Positions 37,801 through 50,600 are shown, counted from the first letter of the stretch. The stretch: 64,000 nt of DNA from Camelus ferus (GCF_009834535.1 NC_045705.1:66154001-66218000); one strand, 5' to 3'. Program-made: numbers and translations. Notes: generated from the letters alone by a model not told the origin.

Positions 37801-40631
37801 AGGGGGCTCGCTCAAGGCCCTCCCCAGTGACCCCAGCCCCTCACTCCTCCCCACTGGAACCACACACACAGCAATTTAAGGAGAACCTGGCTCTGCCCAA
37901 TGGCTGTGTGTCTTCACTGCTCTGTGTCTCACTTTTGTTGTCTATCAAATAGTGATAATAAGTCTGCCTGATAGAGTTTCCATGAGCATTAAATGCATTT
38001 AACATAGTAAAGGGCTTAGAATAGAACCTGAAACAGCTTGCAAGAAACACCAGTCACTCTTCTTCTTCTCTCCTTAGTTGATGTGCCCTGTGGCAGGTCC
38101 TTTCCTTCATTCTGCTCCCCAGGTTTCAGGGGCCTCCTTCCCTGGTTTCCCACTCTCACCATCTCTTAGGTTCTGGGCAGCCTTCTTGGGGAAAGCAGCG
38201 CACCTAGAGCTGATGCGCCACCTGGTGGCTGCAGTCATGAACAGTACATCCTCAAGTTGAGAGGGCTTTTCTGTCTCTGGCTGGCTGGCTGACTTCAGCA
38301 AAACTCTCTGAGCCACACTCTAACGCAGCGAGGGTGGGGGTGGAGGATGGGATGCTGCCTACTTCCGAGGATCAAATGGCCCAAGTTCTATGAGTCACTA
38401 GGCACTTGGTCAGGCCCACAGGAGGCCTGGAACATCAATGGCCTCCTCCATATGAACCGGGCTCCCTAGCACTTACCGCCCCGGATCTCAACTTGAGCGA
38501 AGGTCTGGGCCACGAGCATGACGGTGTTGAGGCAGACAATGAAGAGGATGAAGCCTTCAAAGGCTAGGGACTCAGTCAGTCTCCTGAGCATTCTCCGGAT
38601 GTCCCAAATGAAGTAGCTTAATTTTTCCCACAACCAATAGAAGAGGTCCACAGCATGCAGCCTCCTGTGGGTCCGCTGGGCTCGGCCAGCTGCAAAGAGG
38701 CCAGAAAGCCAAGCCTGTGTGGAACGGGACACGGGGGTCCCAGGCGCCCTCTCCAGCCTGCCTGCTTGCCTGCCATGTGCCTCCGTGCTAGTCTTGTACT
38801 AGTATTGGGGCCACAGGCTTGAGCCGTTCCCTGGCAAGTCAGCCTGATTGGGATTTGGGGTCTGCCTGGGCACATCGCGGGGCTCACGCTCCTGCACCTC
38901 TGTGCTTTTCTTTACTCACATGGCAGCTTGTACACAGAAGACCCCATCCTCTTCACCGCCCCATCCTCCTGGTAAACTCTCTCTCTCCAAGATTCTAGTG
39001 AAACATCTCCCCCTCTTGACTGCCCTCTCTACCCCCAAACAATTAGACACTCGCCCTTCAGCCTGTTTGTGAGGCTGTTGCCGTGTTTACTGAACTATCG
39101 GGGGCCAAGTTTGGGGGATTGCGTGTTATCAGTCAAAGTCCCTCTTGCCCTCAGACAAGGCCCTCATTCAGGCACTGGTTCCAAAACTCTGCCCTCAAGA
39201 AGCTCACAGTTTAGTGGGGGACATGTGGACAAACAGAACCTACAGTGGTGAATGTTCCTATCTGGAGGATAGACCCCTATCACTGGGGATGGTCTGGGAT
39301 TGGTTGTGTAAGTGACCACCCCCAGCTTTCATACTAGACAAGAGGAAACATTTGAGAAGTGGACACACGAATAAAAGCAACAGTGACTGAATGAACAAAT
39401 GGCTGGCAGACTGAGGAGGTGCATAATTCCAGGAATAAAAGATTGGCTGATGGACAGTCAGGCGAGTGAATAGCCAATGGGATGCACACGCAGGTGAGCA
39501 CAAGCCTCATGATCCTTGGAAGGACATGCTGGCCGGACTCAGGTCTGGCCTCCGGGCCAGGCAGCTGGGGTGGGGGGAGGGGGGAGAGCAAAGACTCACT
39601 TTTGCGCTTCTGAAACTGCTCATCTCCTTTAGGCCAGCTTTCTGAGGTGTTAAAGGAGGAATCCTGAGGATGGACTTTGTTGGAGGTCTGGAAATCAGGT
39701 GAGTGAACTGTGCTACAGGAACAAGCCAAGTTCCGGTCTGAGCTCTGTATGTTTGTCTTGCTAGGTTGGAGGACTATTGGATGAGAAAAGACAGAGCTGA
39801 GGGAGGCTCTGGCCACGCTGGGGGATGTGTGTGGGCCAAGGAGTTGGGAGCTACCCTGATGGTACTCCCTGTGGTAGTGCTCTCCGTGGGGGAGATCGTA
39901 AGGATGTGCACTGTGGTGGTGCTCCACATGGTGCCCATGGTGGCCACGGTGGTGCTTGTCGTGGTGGTGCTCACTGTGGTGGTGAGGTAGCTCAGGGTGG
40001 TAGGACCCCATGGTAGTAGGCCTTCTGTGATGGCGGGCTTCCCGATGATGAGGCCCAACACGGTGATAGGCCTCACTGTGGTCGGGGGTTCACCAGAGTG
40101 GTGGGAGTCTTTACAGTAGTGAGGTTTACCTTGTGGATGGAGCCCACTCTGGTGGGGAGCCTCACTGTGGTGGTGAAGCCCACCATGGTGGTAGGACTCC
40201 CTATGGTGGTGGGGGCCCCCATGATGTCTTCTGCTACCAGAGTGGGGCTCATCATCAAAGTGGTCCTCACCATAGGAATGGTGGGAGGGAACAGCGTCAT
40301 GGGGAGGAGCCAGGGAAAGGGATGTGGCGTGGTGGGCTCCGCTGTGATGGTGGGCCTCAGCGTGGCGTGGGGGGTGGGGGGAGTTGGGGGAATGGCAGCA
40401 GAAGGCATCGTCACGGAAGTCTTGGAGCTCACCAAGGTGCTGAGATCCACCAAGATGACTGGATACGCCACGAAGGTGGGACGCACTGCCGTGACGGGGC
40501 TCTTGACGGTGGTGGGCTGCACTATGGCCTGGCCCATGGTGCGGCAGTGGCGAGCTGGGGTGAGAGAGCACATCCAAGTCCTTGGTGTCTGTCTCACTTG
40601 GAGCCTTTTCAGCCATCGAGGGTTGCTCCAT
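28877..40631 (-). CDS. CATSPER1: Cation channel sperm-associated protein 1, 12 exons; as assembled it has a 1-nt frameshift in exon 1 (about 723 aa if corrected)
   Basis: Exons 40631-39600, 38689-38477, 37788-37675, 37506-37347, 37035-36944, 36795-36652, 36487-36424, 36259-36187, 36049-35989, 31396-31321, 29181-29067 and 28903-28877 are all GT-AG. His-rich N-terminus ([13 protein letters not shown]), six TM segments, TLDDW pore motif and AGEEDFRR* end. The exon sum of 2171 nt is 1 short of a multiple of 3. Confidence 0.95.
31650..32060 (+). mobile_element. Old MaLR LTR (MLT1J/K/L-like)
   Basis: GGCCAATCAG...GTGATTGGTTCAG motif typical of old MLT1 LTRs. Confidence 0.55.
32074..35420 (-). mobile_element. 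Composite ORF1-only L1 (5'UTR-ORF1-inverted ORF2 fragments-3'UTR-polyA) in CATSPER1 intron 9
   Basis: 5'UTR about 35420-34510, ORF1 about 34480-33500 (disrupted; [15 protein letters not shown] coiled coil, [14 protein letters not shown]), inverted ORF2 pieces 33444-33140 and 33089-32550, 3'UTR 32495-32074 with A-tail. Degenerate TSD TTCTTT(TA)GCTTAA. Confidence 0.85.
37636..37654. repeat. (CA)n microsatellite in CATSPER1 intron 3
   Basis: CACACACACACACACACA about 20 nt from the exon 3 donor. Confidence 0.9.
38215..38228 (-). promoter_or_regulatory. Strong CTCF motif in CATSPER1 intron 2
   Basis: Reverse complement CCACCAGGTGGCGC matches the CTCF core consensus. Confidence 0.6.
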
Positions 40632-40768
40632 GACTGTGCTGGGAAAGCTGGAATGAGGAAAGCTCAAGACGTGGCCCCTGAAGGCCCCATCCTGTATTGC
40701 CTTTCTCACGTAGTCTGTGGCACTGGGCTCCTAGGAAAGCCCAGCTTCTCGTGGAATTCTCCCGTCTA

Positions 40769-40776
40769 TGATGTCA
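40769..40776. promoter_or_regulatory. CRE-like element TGATGTCA in the CATSPER1 proximal promoter
   Basis: One mismatch from TGACGTCA, about 140 bp upstream of the ATG. CREM-tau commonly drives post-meiotic testis genes. Confidence 0.45.
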
Positions 40777-42289
40777 CAAGCAGGCCCCTTCCCAGGCCTG
40801 ACTCCCAAGTCTCCCCCTGGGCTGCAGTTCAGAATCCAGGATCACTGCGTCTGACCTCTTCATTATAAAGAGAAGAAACCAAGGTCAAGAAAGGGGAAGG
40901 GACAGGTCCAAGGTGACCAGGAAGGTCAGTGGCAAAGCTGGACAAGGAATTCCAGGGTATTACCACAGACCCAGCAGTTGCTTTAGCTCTGTATTGGAAA
41001 GCACTTGAAGAGGTCAAATGGTCCAGTCCTCAGTTCTACCTAATACCAACTGGCTCTGAGGTTCAAATGGCCCAACTTCTTCGAAAGTACGTGTGTGACT
41101 TTGGGCTAGTTGCTTAATCTTAGTATGCCTCAGTTTCTTCCTCTGTAAAATGGGGATAATAGCACCTACCTCATAGGATCAAAAAAGATATGTAAAGCTT
41201 ATACTAATGGCACGATAGCATTAATTGGTATTATTATTCTCTCCTTGATCATTGACAGTGATGGAAACCCCACTCAGATTATCACTAAAACTATCAGCCA
41301 TTATTTATTGAAGACCTACTTTAGGCACTTTTAATTTAACCCCACAATAACCCCCCATGATGAATATCATTTTTCCACTTTACAGAAAAAGGTCCTGTGG
41401 CTCAGAGAATATAAATGAGTTGCTCAATAAATAGCAACTTAAAATCAACACTAACTGTAAACTTCTTCAGCACCATGCTGGACTGTCTTTGTGCTATAAC
41501 CCACTGCAATTCATTCATATCCAGTGCAGCTCTTCTGGAAGCCTTCAGGTCCCTCCTTTGACTACAGCTGCTTCCTGAGTGCTTGGTCACAGCCAAGTCT
41601 ATAGTGACATGGGGTATCGGGTTCCCAGCGATGAAAGAGACAGGGCCCCTGCCCTCAAGGGGCTCACTGTCTGTTGCCAGCAGCAGACAAGGAAAGAGTT
41701 TGTGGTAGGACTGTTAATCATTCCACAAATCCATTCTCCTCGTCTTCCTGACATATGGCATCCCAACTAGAGATGGCATTTCCTGAGGTGCCTTGCATCT
41801 AGGCATGGCCGAAGGGTGCAAGCAGAAGCTTATACACACATACATTCATTTTCATATTCTCTTTCATTAAAGGTTATTACAAGGTATTGAATATATTTCT
41901 CTGTACTATACAGAAGAAATTTGTTTTTTTAATCTATGTTTATATATAGTGGTTAACATTCCCAGCGTTATTTTCGAACTTTATGCTTTGTGATGCCAGC
42001 GCTTTCCAAGATAGACAGTCATTCAGCAGCCTCAGAAAACAGGTTAGAGGTTGTTAGAGGTTGTTTGACCCTGTCTGCAGTGCGCAGTGGGTGAGGCCTT
42101 TCTCAGTTTCCAGCATGAGATCAAGAAGTCTGTTGATCATTTGTGAACACTGTATTGCCCCGAGAGGAAGAGGTAGACTGCTGACATCAGCTTCGCCCTC
42201 CTCAGTTACCTCCTCCCACCTCCCCTCACGACTGATGACTGACTTATGGGAGCAAACACACTTTCTGTGACAGAAAATCAGAGGAAAAT

Positions 42290-44340
42290 TTTCTCCTAAA
42301 GAAATAATTTTTACGTGCTGTGACTCTGCAGTCCCCTTGCCGCTTTGCAGTTGATGTGAATGTTTTAAAACACGATTTATGCAGGCTAGAAGTGAATTTC
42401 AGCATGATTTCAGTATTTTTTTGCGAGTTTCCTGCTTAGTTATTTATTATGCCCTTTTATTGTATGTCTTATTAGCATTTGTGTTTTACAAATGTGTCTA
42501 ACTACTCAATGTGGTGATATTTTATGACCAGTTGTGAAATGAAAGAGGAGATGCTTACAAATATGCTTAATTTGTTTGCTTATTGTGGACAAATCTGGTA
42601 GGGTTAGTGGTAAAGAATTATAATTTACAAACGTAGCAATAGCATCAGCAAAATTGAAAAAAACTACAAATTTCAGGCATTTGACAAACAAATGCACTAA
42701 TTTCTATCTATGGTGTCTCGAACAGATTAAGGCTTTTATTTTACAGGTCACATTTAATAAAAAAGCTCAAAGAGCAAGTTATTTGTAACACAATCTGTTG
42801 TCCAGAAAAAAAAAGAACTTAATAATACTGGTATGTAAAATTAGATGAGTGAAATGCTAGCGCAAAATGCCCCACAAAAAAGTGAGAAGGTTCTACTCTG
42901 AGAGAGAAGGATAACTTGACCTATTGATGTTACATGATGCTGAAGAGCTTTTTGTTTTGTTTTTTGGTAATAAACTGAAAAACAACAGATTCTTTATGCA
43001 GGCTGATGAGTCAACAGACGTCACTGATAAACACCATGCTGTAGCACTTGTAAGATTTGTAAATGATGCTGATAATCAAGACTTTTTTTCTGCTGCAAAC
43101 AGCCAAGATATGGTTAATATTTTTTTCATATCTATGGGGGAATGGTGTAGCTCAGTGGTAGAGTACATGCTTAGCATGCATAAGGTCATGGGTTCTATCC
43201 CCAGTACCTCTATTAAACAAAAAAAATGACAAATAAGTAAACCTAGTTACCTCATCACCCCCCCATATATATATATATATATATTTTTTTTTCTTCATAT
43301 CTAGAATCAAAAAGTCTGTCTTGGAAGAACTGTCTTGGCATTTGAACGGATGGTGTTTCCATCAAAAGTTGATTGCATTAAAGTTTTCACTTCTCTTGCA
43401 AATAAAACCAAAATGACCCAAAGCTCAACAAAAAAAACTTGATGTCGTCACACACACTGCTTTCCTCACAGAGAGGTGCTGGTGTCAAAACTCTAGGAGA
43501 TGAAGGATGCTGCAAAAATGGTTAACTTTATTGAACAAGACTAGTTCACTTGAGAGTGTTTAAAAAAATCTGTGTGATTGTGATCCAGCAATTCTACTTC
43601 TGGGCGTGAACCAAAAGAATTGAGAGCAGGAACTCGAATATGTATCTGTACACCCATGTTCATAGTAGCATTATTTACAACAGCCAAAAGGTGGAAATAA
43701 CTCAAATGTCCATGGGTGGGTGGATCGATANNNNNNNNNNNNNNNNNNNNNNNNNNNNNNNNNNNNNNNNNNNNNNNNNNNNNNNNNNNNNNNNNNNNNN
43801 NNNNNNNNNNNNNNNNNNNNNNNNNNNNNNNNNNNNNNNNNNNNNNNNNNNNNNNNNNNNNGATGAACCTGAAGACACTATGCTAAGTGAAATCAGCCAG
43901 ACAAAAAAGAACAACTATGGTATGCTGCCACTTAAATGAGGTACCCGGAATAGGCATAAATAGGCACATTCATAGACACAGAAGGTTAAATAGTGGTTAC
44001 AGTATTTATTTATGTTTATATTTGTATTTATATTTATATTTATATTTATAGACTATGGGAAGGGGGTGATGGAGAATTTTTGTTGTATGGAAACAGAGTT
44101 TCAGTTTGGAATGATGAAAAGTTCTGGAGATGGGTTGTAGTGATGGTTACACAACGTTGTGAATGTACACAGAGACCACTTAAACATGGTTAAAATGGCA
44201 AATTTTATGTTAAAGTATATTTAGCCACAATAAAGTTTTTCTTAATTTTAAAAATTGATTAAAAAAACAACTATGTGACAACTTGGACAAAGAGCACAGA
44301 GGTCTCTTATTCAGACATACCGAACCCTGGCAGCTCCCCA
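42290..44340 (+). mobile_element. hAT (Charlie/Buster-clade) transposase remnant interrupted by a SINE and an L1 3' fragment (about 43575-44265)
   Basis: FMQADESTDV...VRFV catalytic-Asp motif in ORF 42924-43229, THCFPHREVL-like (HCxxH) motif near 43450, and a LLFRHTE-like motif resuming at about 44300. Confidence 0.8.
43136..43297 (+). mobile_element. Vic-1-type SINE with an (AT)n tail
   Basis: tRNA-Ala head and CCTAGTTACCTC; TSD TTCATATCTA. Confidence 0.85.
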
Positions 44341-46330
44341 CTTTGCACACGGGTCCATTGAGAACCACCAATCTGGCGGAGAAAGAGGCTGACTGAATCT
44401 AGGGAGGGGTCATCTTACCTAATTAGTGAGGACTCCTCCACTGACTGCCCCCTGATGGGCGTTTATATGGAACATGAATAACTTCTCGCTCTGTGAGCGT
44501 TTTAAGAAGCCATCCATGGACCTCTCTCCTAGACCCAGTTGTGTTCTTTCCAAGTCTCTGCAAATGACCAACCCATCAGATACTGCTCAAGAGTCCAAAT
44601 AAACTGTGCCTTAGGCCCTCTTTCCTCCCACATAACATGGATAACATATGGATTGCCCCAAATTCTGCCCATCGGGAGGGTTTTCCTTCACTACTGTCTT
44701 TCAGGGGCTGTAATATAGCAGCTGTCCACTTCTGGCTGTTGCTGGCTTACTGTGCAAAGCCTTCCATAAATTGGGCCTGTGCTTTTCCCTCTTACCCTTG
44801 AAGTCTCTGAGGCAAAGGAGGTAAAGCAGTAGAAACAGATACCACAGGAGTCTGAACCACCTCCTCATGAAATTTATTTGTGTCTTCTGTATGTGCTTGG
44901 GCCCAGTATCACATATGCCACTTCAATTTCTAGTGGGATGCAACTGTGAAAATCTTATGATTGAACATTTGGGTCTGATAATCACTTCATGTTTCATAAA
45001 TCAGGCATTCAGTCTTTATCAAGGCCCAGGAGGAAGTCAGCTGTTTTTGAGAAAGTACAATTGTTGTTGGCAGAGGATAGCCATGACCAAAATTCCAAGG
45101 GTCCTAGCTATGATGTGCTTATTGGGGCTTGCCAGAGATGCCACATGGCATCTTTGGCTGACACCTAAGTCAGGCACCCAGATCTACTAGACATAATACC
45201 CAAATGGTAGGGCAGTTTTGCACCACTGGACTTTAGAAGAACTTTTTTCAGATCCAGACCAAACATCATCAGATTTACAGGTTACCCAGTAAATGAGTCA
45301 AAGAATCTTGCCCAAATATGATCTACATTGGCTCCAAAATCCAAAAGGCACACCATACATTGCTCCTCTTTCTTCGTGGTGTATGGTGTAAGTGGCAGCA
45401 ACTTGTCTCTTACTTTAGAAGGGATATCCAACATTCCCCAGACCCCTGGACCCCTAGGAACTTTCCTGATGTTGTGGCAGGACCTCAACCTTCCACAGGG
45501 TTCATCTCTGGCTCTCTGGCGCACATGTGTCTAAAGCATTTACAAAGTGCTTGCTGTTTCCTACTCACCGTGTCCAGTTAGCATAATGGCATCAATTGAG
45601 TGTATCAACATGGTATTCTCCGTGTTGTCAAGACTATCAAAGTCCCTCTGAACCTTGCCTTTTGCAGGAGAACGGCATAATCCAGGGACAAGACAGTAAA
45701 GGTATACTGTTATCCTTGTTATGCATATGCAGACTGGAATTTCCCACACTCATGGGGATGTAAGAGAAAGCACTGACTAGTTCAACAGCCACATAACAGT
45801 TGCTGGGGTTTATGCTCACTTTCTGCAATAGAGATCTCAAATCTCGAATTGCAGCTTGATTGGCACTGACACATCACTAAATTTGCTTTTCTGCCTGCAA
45901 ACTGATGAATTATTAGGGGATATGGTTGGAATCACCACCCTTGAATCTCTTAAACCCTTAACAGTGGTACTAATCTCTGCCATTTCTTCAGGGTTGTGAT
46001 ATCGTTTCTGGTTTATAACTTGGCAGGGGTAGGGGAACAATTCCAGGGGTTTCCACTTGGCCCTTTTTACCATAACGGTTCATACTCTCCCAGTAATTTT
46101 GTGTCCCTGATTAAATCTTGGCTGATATAGTAACTTTAAAAGATACACAAACTGCCATTTTCTTTGTCTGAAGAAACTCAGAGCTCCATCCATGTCTCTT
46201 GTCCCTTTGGGCACAAAGGTAAATAAATCAATGTCTCTGGTAGCTTCCTTGTCTTAACAAAGTGATTATGACAGGGTGGATTTTGTTCTGCTTCTTAGGA
46301 GTGCTGTACGAATACAGAATTGGGAGCAAG
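44340..46330 (-). mobile_element. ERV-L internal pol remnant
   Basis: DIPSKVRDKLLPLTPYTTKKEEQ (ERV-L RT thumb), VVIPTISPNNSSV (RT N-terminus) and QKWTAAILQPL (RNase H). Confidence 0.85.
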
Positions 46331-46360
46331 CTCCCGTGCTTGAAGAAAGAGGGGAAGGTA

Positions 46361-46856
46361 ATGTGATAGACTGAACATAAAAATAACCCCATGTCGCTCC
46401 AGCTTCTATCCACAATGCCCCTTAAAATGTGACTTTGCAACATCTATTTCCCCATCCTTAAATTTAAACTGACCATGCAACTTATTTTGGCTAATAAAAT
46501 GTAGCAAAAGTGATGGAGTGTCTCTTGAAAGCCTCAAGACAGCCTGCCTGTTTTTCCTTGCTCTCTCGGACCCCAGCTTGGGTGATGAGAACAAGCTTAG
46601 GCTCCTCTGCTAAAGGTAAGAGAGACCCTGTGTAGCATAGCTGAGTCACTTTGGCTGAGGCCATCATAGACTAGCCAGGCCCCCGCCACCCTGCAGTGGA
46701 TCGTGAACATGAGTGAGCACAGCTGAGATCAATCAAGCCCAGCCCAGATCAGCAGAACCACCCAGATGGCCCATAATCTAATGAGAAGCAATACATTTTT
46801 AAAAGCCATTATGTTTTGGGGTTGCTTGTTACACAGGACATTACTAACTAATACAG
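46361..46856 (+). mobile_element. MaLR solo LTR (MLT1G-like)
   Basis: TGTG...TTTTGGGGTTGCTTGTTACACAG...TAATACA termini. Confidence 0.65.
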
Positions 46857-47069
46857 GAGCATGGGGGAAGGGACATTTTGAAGAATGATTAGGAACTCTA
46901 CAGATGGATCATAAGAGAAAAGGGAAGATCATGTGCAAAGAATGGACATGTGAATGAGCCCGGCACCTTCAGGTAGTGGTGTGCTGGGACGCAAAGCGTT
47001 TAACACCCATCTTTCCATGTGTAGTTCTGATGTGAATGTTGGTTGGTATTTTTGTTTTTGTTAATGAGT

Positions 47070-47280
47070 AATAGACTTTTTCCCTGAAGGACCAAGAAGT
47101 GAATGTTTTAGGCTTTCAGGGTCATCCAGTCTCTATTGCAACTACTCAACTCTGCTATTATAATACAGAAACAGCTCCAGAACAATAAGGAAAAGAGTAA
47201 GTGTGGCTGTGTTCCAATTAAACTTTATTTATAAAAACAAGTGGTGGGCCATATTTGGCTTGTAGTTTGCTTACCTCGGT
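47070..47280 (+). mobile_element. MER58A-like hAT MITE
   Basis: GCAACTACTCAACTCTGC and GTGGCTGTGTTCCAATTAAACTTTATTT signatures. Confidence 0.7.
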
Positions 47281-47339
47281 CTAGATGATCAACAAAACAA
47301 TTATCAATCTGATTTATAGTGTTTGTTGATTTATAGTGT

Positions 47340-47695
47340 AACTACTTGCCCCATGGCTGACTGCATGCTGCCAATGTAGCATCGCTGAACGCTGGATTAA
47401 GCGGACAGTAAGTAGCAGAACTTTCTATAGGATTTTCGCCAAGCAGATACAATAGACATAAATCCCCTTAAGAGCACAAATAATAGTAAAATCTAGCAAA
47501 CAAACTAGGAAGAAATGAGTTGTATTTATTACCTTTATTCTTAATGCAATTTATTTAATACCAAGTTTATGTAATCAATTTAATAATTTAAATTTAAATT
47601 TAATTTTTAATATAATTTAATTATGTTCAACAATTGGCTGGCAAAATTCAGCTTTCAAGAGCCAGTTAAGAGCCAGTCCTGGCACACCGCTGCAC
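47340..47695 (-). mobile_element. MER63-like hAT element
   Basis: Terminus GAGCCAGTCCTGGCACACCGCTG resembles the reverse complement of the MER63 5' end. Confidence 0.45.
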
Positions 47696-50600
47696 TCAGG
47701 GAATGATGTTAATCCAGTGTGGCTGGAACTAGATCGGGGTGGGGGGGCGGGTGTGGAGGGGCAATGCGAAGTGCAGTTGGAAGGTATCTGGTGGGTCAGA
47801 CTAGGCTGGGCCTCTTCGGCTCCTATCGGGGGGTGGTTTCAAACAGGAGAGTGATGGGATCTGATGGCTTTAGGAAGGATGGCTGCATACAAAGAGGAGA
47901 GGTAAATTTGCTGTGGGGAGCCTGAGGCAGGTGGTTCTGTTAGGAAGCGGTTGATGTAACCAGCAGAGAAACTGATGGCTGAGTCTATGATATGGGGAAA
48001 GAGAGGTGTGTTGATGCCAGTTACTGGGGAGTCTGGGTCTGCAGGGCACAGTGATTGACAGGTGGTGCTGGGGAAGGGGGAGGGACACATTAAGGGGACA
48101 TGAAGAATTGGGGCTTGAGCATCTACTTGAATTGGGGGACCAGGCTCTGAAACTCAGAGTGCTGGAGAAGGAGATGGTTTGGGCAGAAGATGAGATGTGC
48201 GGATTTGAACAGAGTAGGTTTGATGATTCCGGGAAAGCTCAGGAGGGGAACTCTCTGCTGAAGGCAAAGTTGGGAAAGAGGACCTAGGATCCTGCCTCTT
48301 GTGGGTCCAGTGGCAGGACATTCATGGGAGTGTCCCCACTCCTATCTCTGCCCTGGCTCTAGGCCACCTGGAAGCCACATCCTCTCTCTGGGACTCAGTC
48401 TCCCCATTTGTCATGGGGTATTAGGGTCTGACTCCTGCATTCTTTTTGCCTGGGTTTTGTGAAAATCCCATGAAGTTGGGGTGGGAGTCGAGAGTAGGGG
48501 TGGAGGAGGGTTCCTGCTCTGTCTCGGCCCACTTGAGGGGGCTGGGGGAGCTCTTGGGGAGGAGAGGGATGGCCAGCTGGGGTCCTCAGATTCCTGCAGC
48601 CTTGTTGGGTCAGAAGAGCTGATCTCAGGTGCCCCCCATCACCCACGGTCTCCTTTCCATCCCTTTGTCTGGACGGCCTGAGGGCTGCCCCTCTTCTCAG
48701 GCGCTCCTGTCCTGCAGTCACCTCCCCACTCCCCTAGCACAGCTTGAGAAGCTGCCCGATGGTGCTGGTAGATCACCAGCTTCCTATGTCTGAGCCCAGC
48801 CCTCCTCACCTCCCACACCCGGGGAGCTCAGGCTCCCTGCCCTCCCTCCCCCTCAAGCCCACTCTCAGGGGGCTTTTATAAAGAGGCTCTTTAATAACAA
48901 GCCTGCAGGGACTGCTAGGGGTGAGACAGGGGATTCCGATGGTTGGGTGTCCGAGCACTCTGGCTTCTGTCCAAGCTCAGCCTCTCCCTGAGTGTGTGGG
49001 TAAGCCCGGGCACTCCATCTTTTTGTCCCTCAGGCTCCCCTTGTGTGAAAGGGGTTTAAGAATAACACCCATCTTACAGGGTTGTTGTAAGAAGCAAATA
49101 AGTTAAAATGTATAAAGCTCAGAGAAAAGCACCCAGCACACAGCAAGTGCTCAATAAACATTAGCAAGTGTCAAGGTTCTTCTGAATGTGCCTTCTCCCA
49201 ACGGCATTTGCAGTTTATTAAAGGTCTTTCTCCCACCTTCTTCAGTGGCTCCCAGTCATCTACAACAGAGGTCTCCACCTGATGTGCTGCTGTGCCAGGA
49301 GTGGGCTACAGACCAGCTGAGACAGTGACCCCCTCCTCTCTGGGGACAGCCCAGCCTCCCCTGCAGGTCATCTCTGTCCTTTCTATTTACTCAAGTATCC
49401 TGTGCAGAACAATCTGAACTTCTAAGCATGATATTCAAGGCCTTTCTTAACCAGGCACTGGCAGGCTTCTCCCCCACCCCCCACCCCAGGTAGCCCAGCC
49501 CTCCCTGGATCCCAGATGCCCAGGCTTCCTCTCGCCCGGTGCCTCTCCTCTGCCTGGAGCACCCTCCCCTGTCTGTTCTCACCTGGGACTTGCCTTCTCC
49601 AGGATGCCTCTCCAGACAGCTCGGGCAGACACTCCTGCCCTCCCCTCTGCTTTGCACGTCCTGCTACCGTCAAATCAAAGCTGCTGCTCGCCCTTACCAT
49701 GCCTTTGGGCAAAGCAGGAAAAGGCACCCTTACCTCAGAATGCTTTCTCCCACCAGCAGGAGAACTCTTGGAACAGACATGTCGACCTGGAACACCTACA
49801 GCGAGCAGGGGGAGTGTCCTGAAGGGTCCCTGACGGCACCAGAGCGGACACTTTGGGAACGTCTCCGTGTGCCAGGCGCTGTGCTAAGTGCCTTATCTCA
49901 AATACTGCCCATAAAGCTCAGGAGGGAAATGGCTCATTTCACAGGTGAGGAAAGTGAGGTTCAAAAGGCTAAGACCAAAGTCATGTAACCAGTAGGTGGC
50001 AGAGTTAGGGTTTGAATTGCAAAGCACTGATGGAGGTAATCATTTCTATCAAGTCACTGCCACCCAAGTGGCTGCTTACACATCTGTCCAGACCTTAGCA
50101 TGAGCGTCTCAAAGCAGGGAACATGTTTCACTTGCTGCCAAAGCTCAGGAAACATGCAGAATGGGCGGCACTGTGTGCGTGTTGATGGAAGGAGGCTCTT
50201 TGCAGGGCATTAGGGTTCCAGGGGCTGGGGCCTGTTCCTCTGTGTTGTGGCTGAAGCTGGAGATGTTTGGACCAAGGAGTCTCAGCCCCTGAAGTCTAAT
50301 ATTTGATTCGGTGCCTGCTTAAGGTCTGCCCTTGCTCCAACATCAGAGAAACCCTCTCCCAGGGCCTGATGATTCCATTTAGTCCCTGAATCCAGATTTT
50401 TCTGAATCTAGAGTTGTGTTCTCTGCTGCAGTGGGACCAGGTTTATAAAAGAGGGCCCACTGGCCTGAGGCAAATCTTTAAGGCGTATCTGAGTTTTCCA
50501 GGACCCACAACAAGGTGAAGAATGTTCCTGGCAAGGGTATGACTAGATACTAAGGCTGGGAAGAGCAGGGACAGGGACAATGGCAAACAGACACTTCTTA

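Noticed and set aside
40098-40868. Long plus-strand ORFs (256 aa and 166 aa)
   Set aside because: They are antisense shadows of the His-rich CATSPER1 exon 1.
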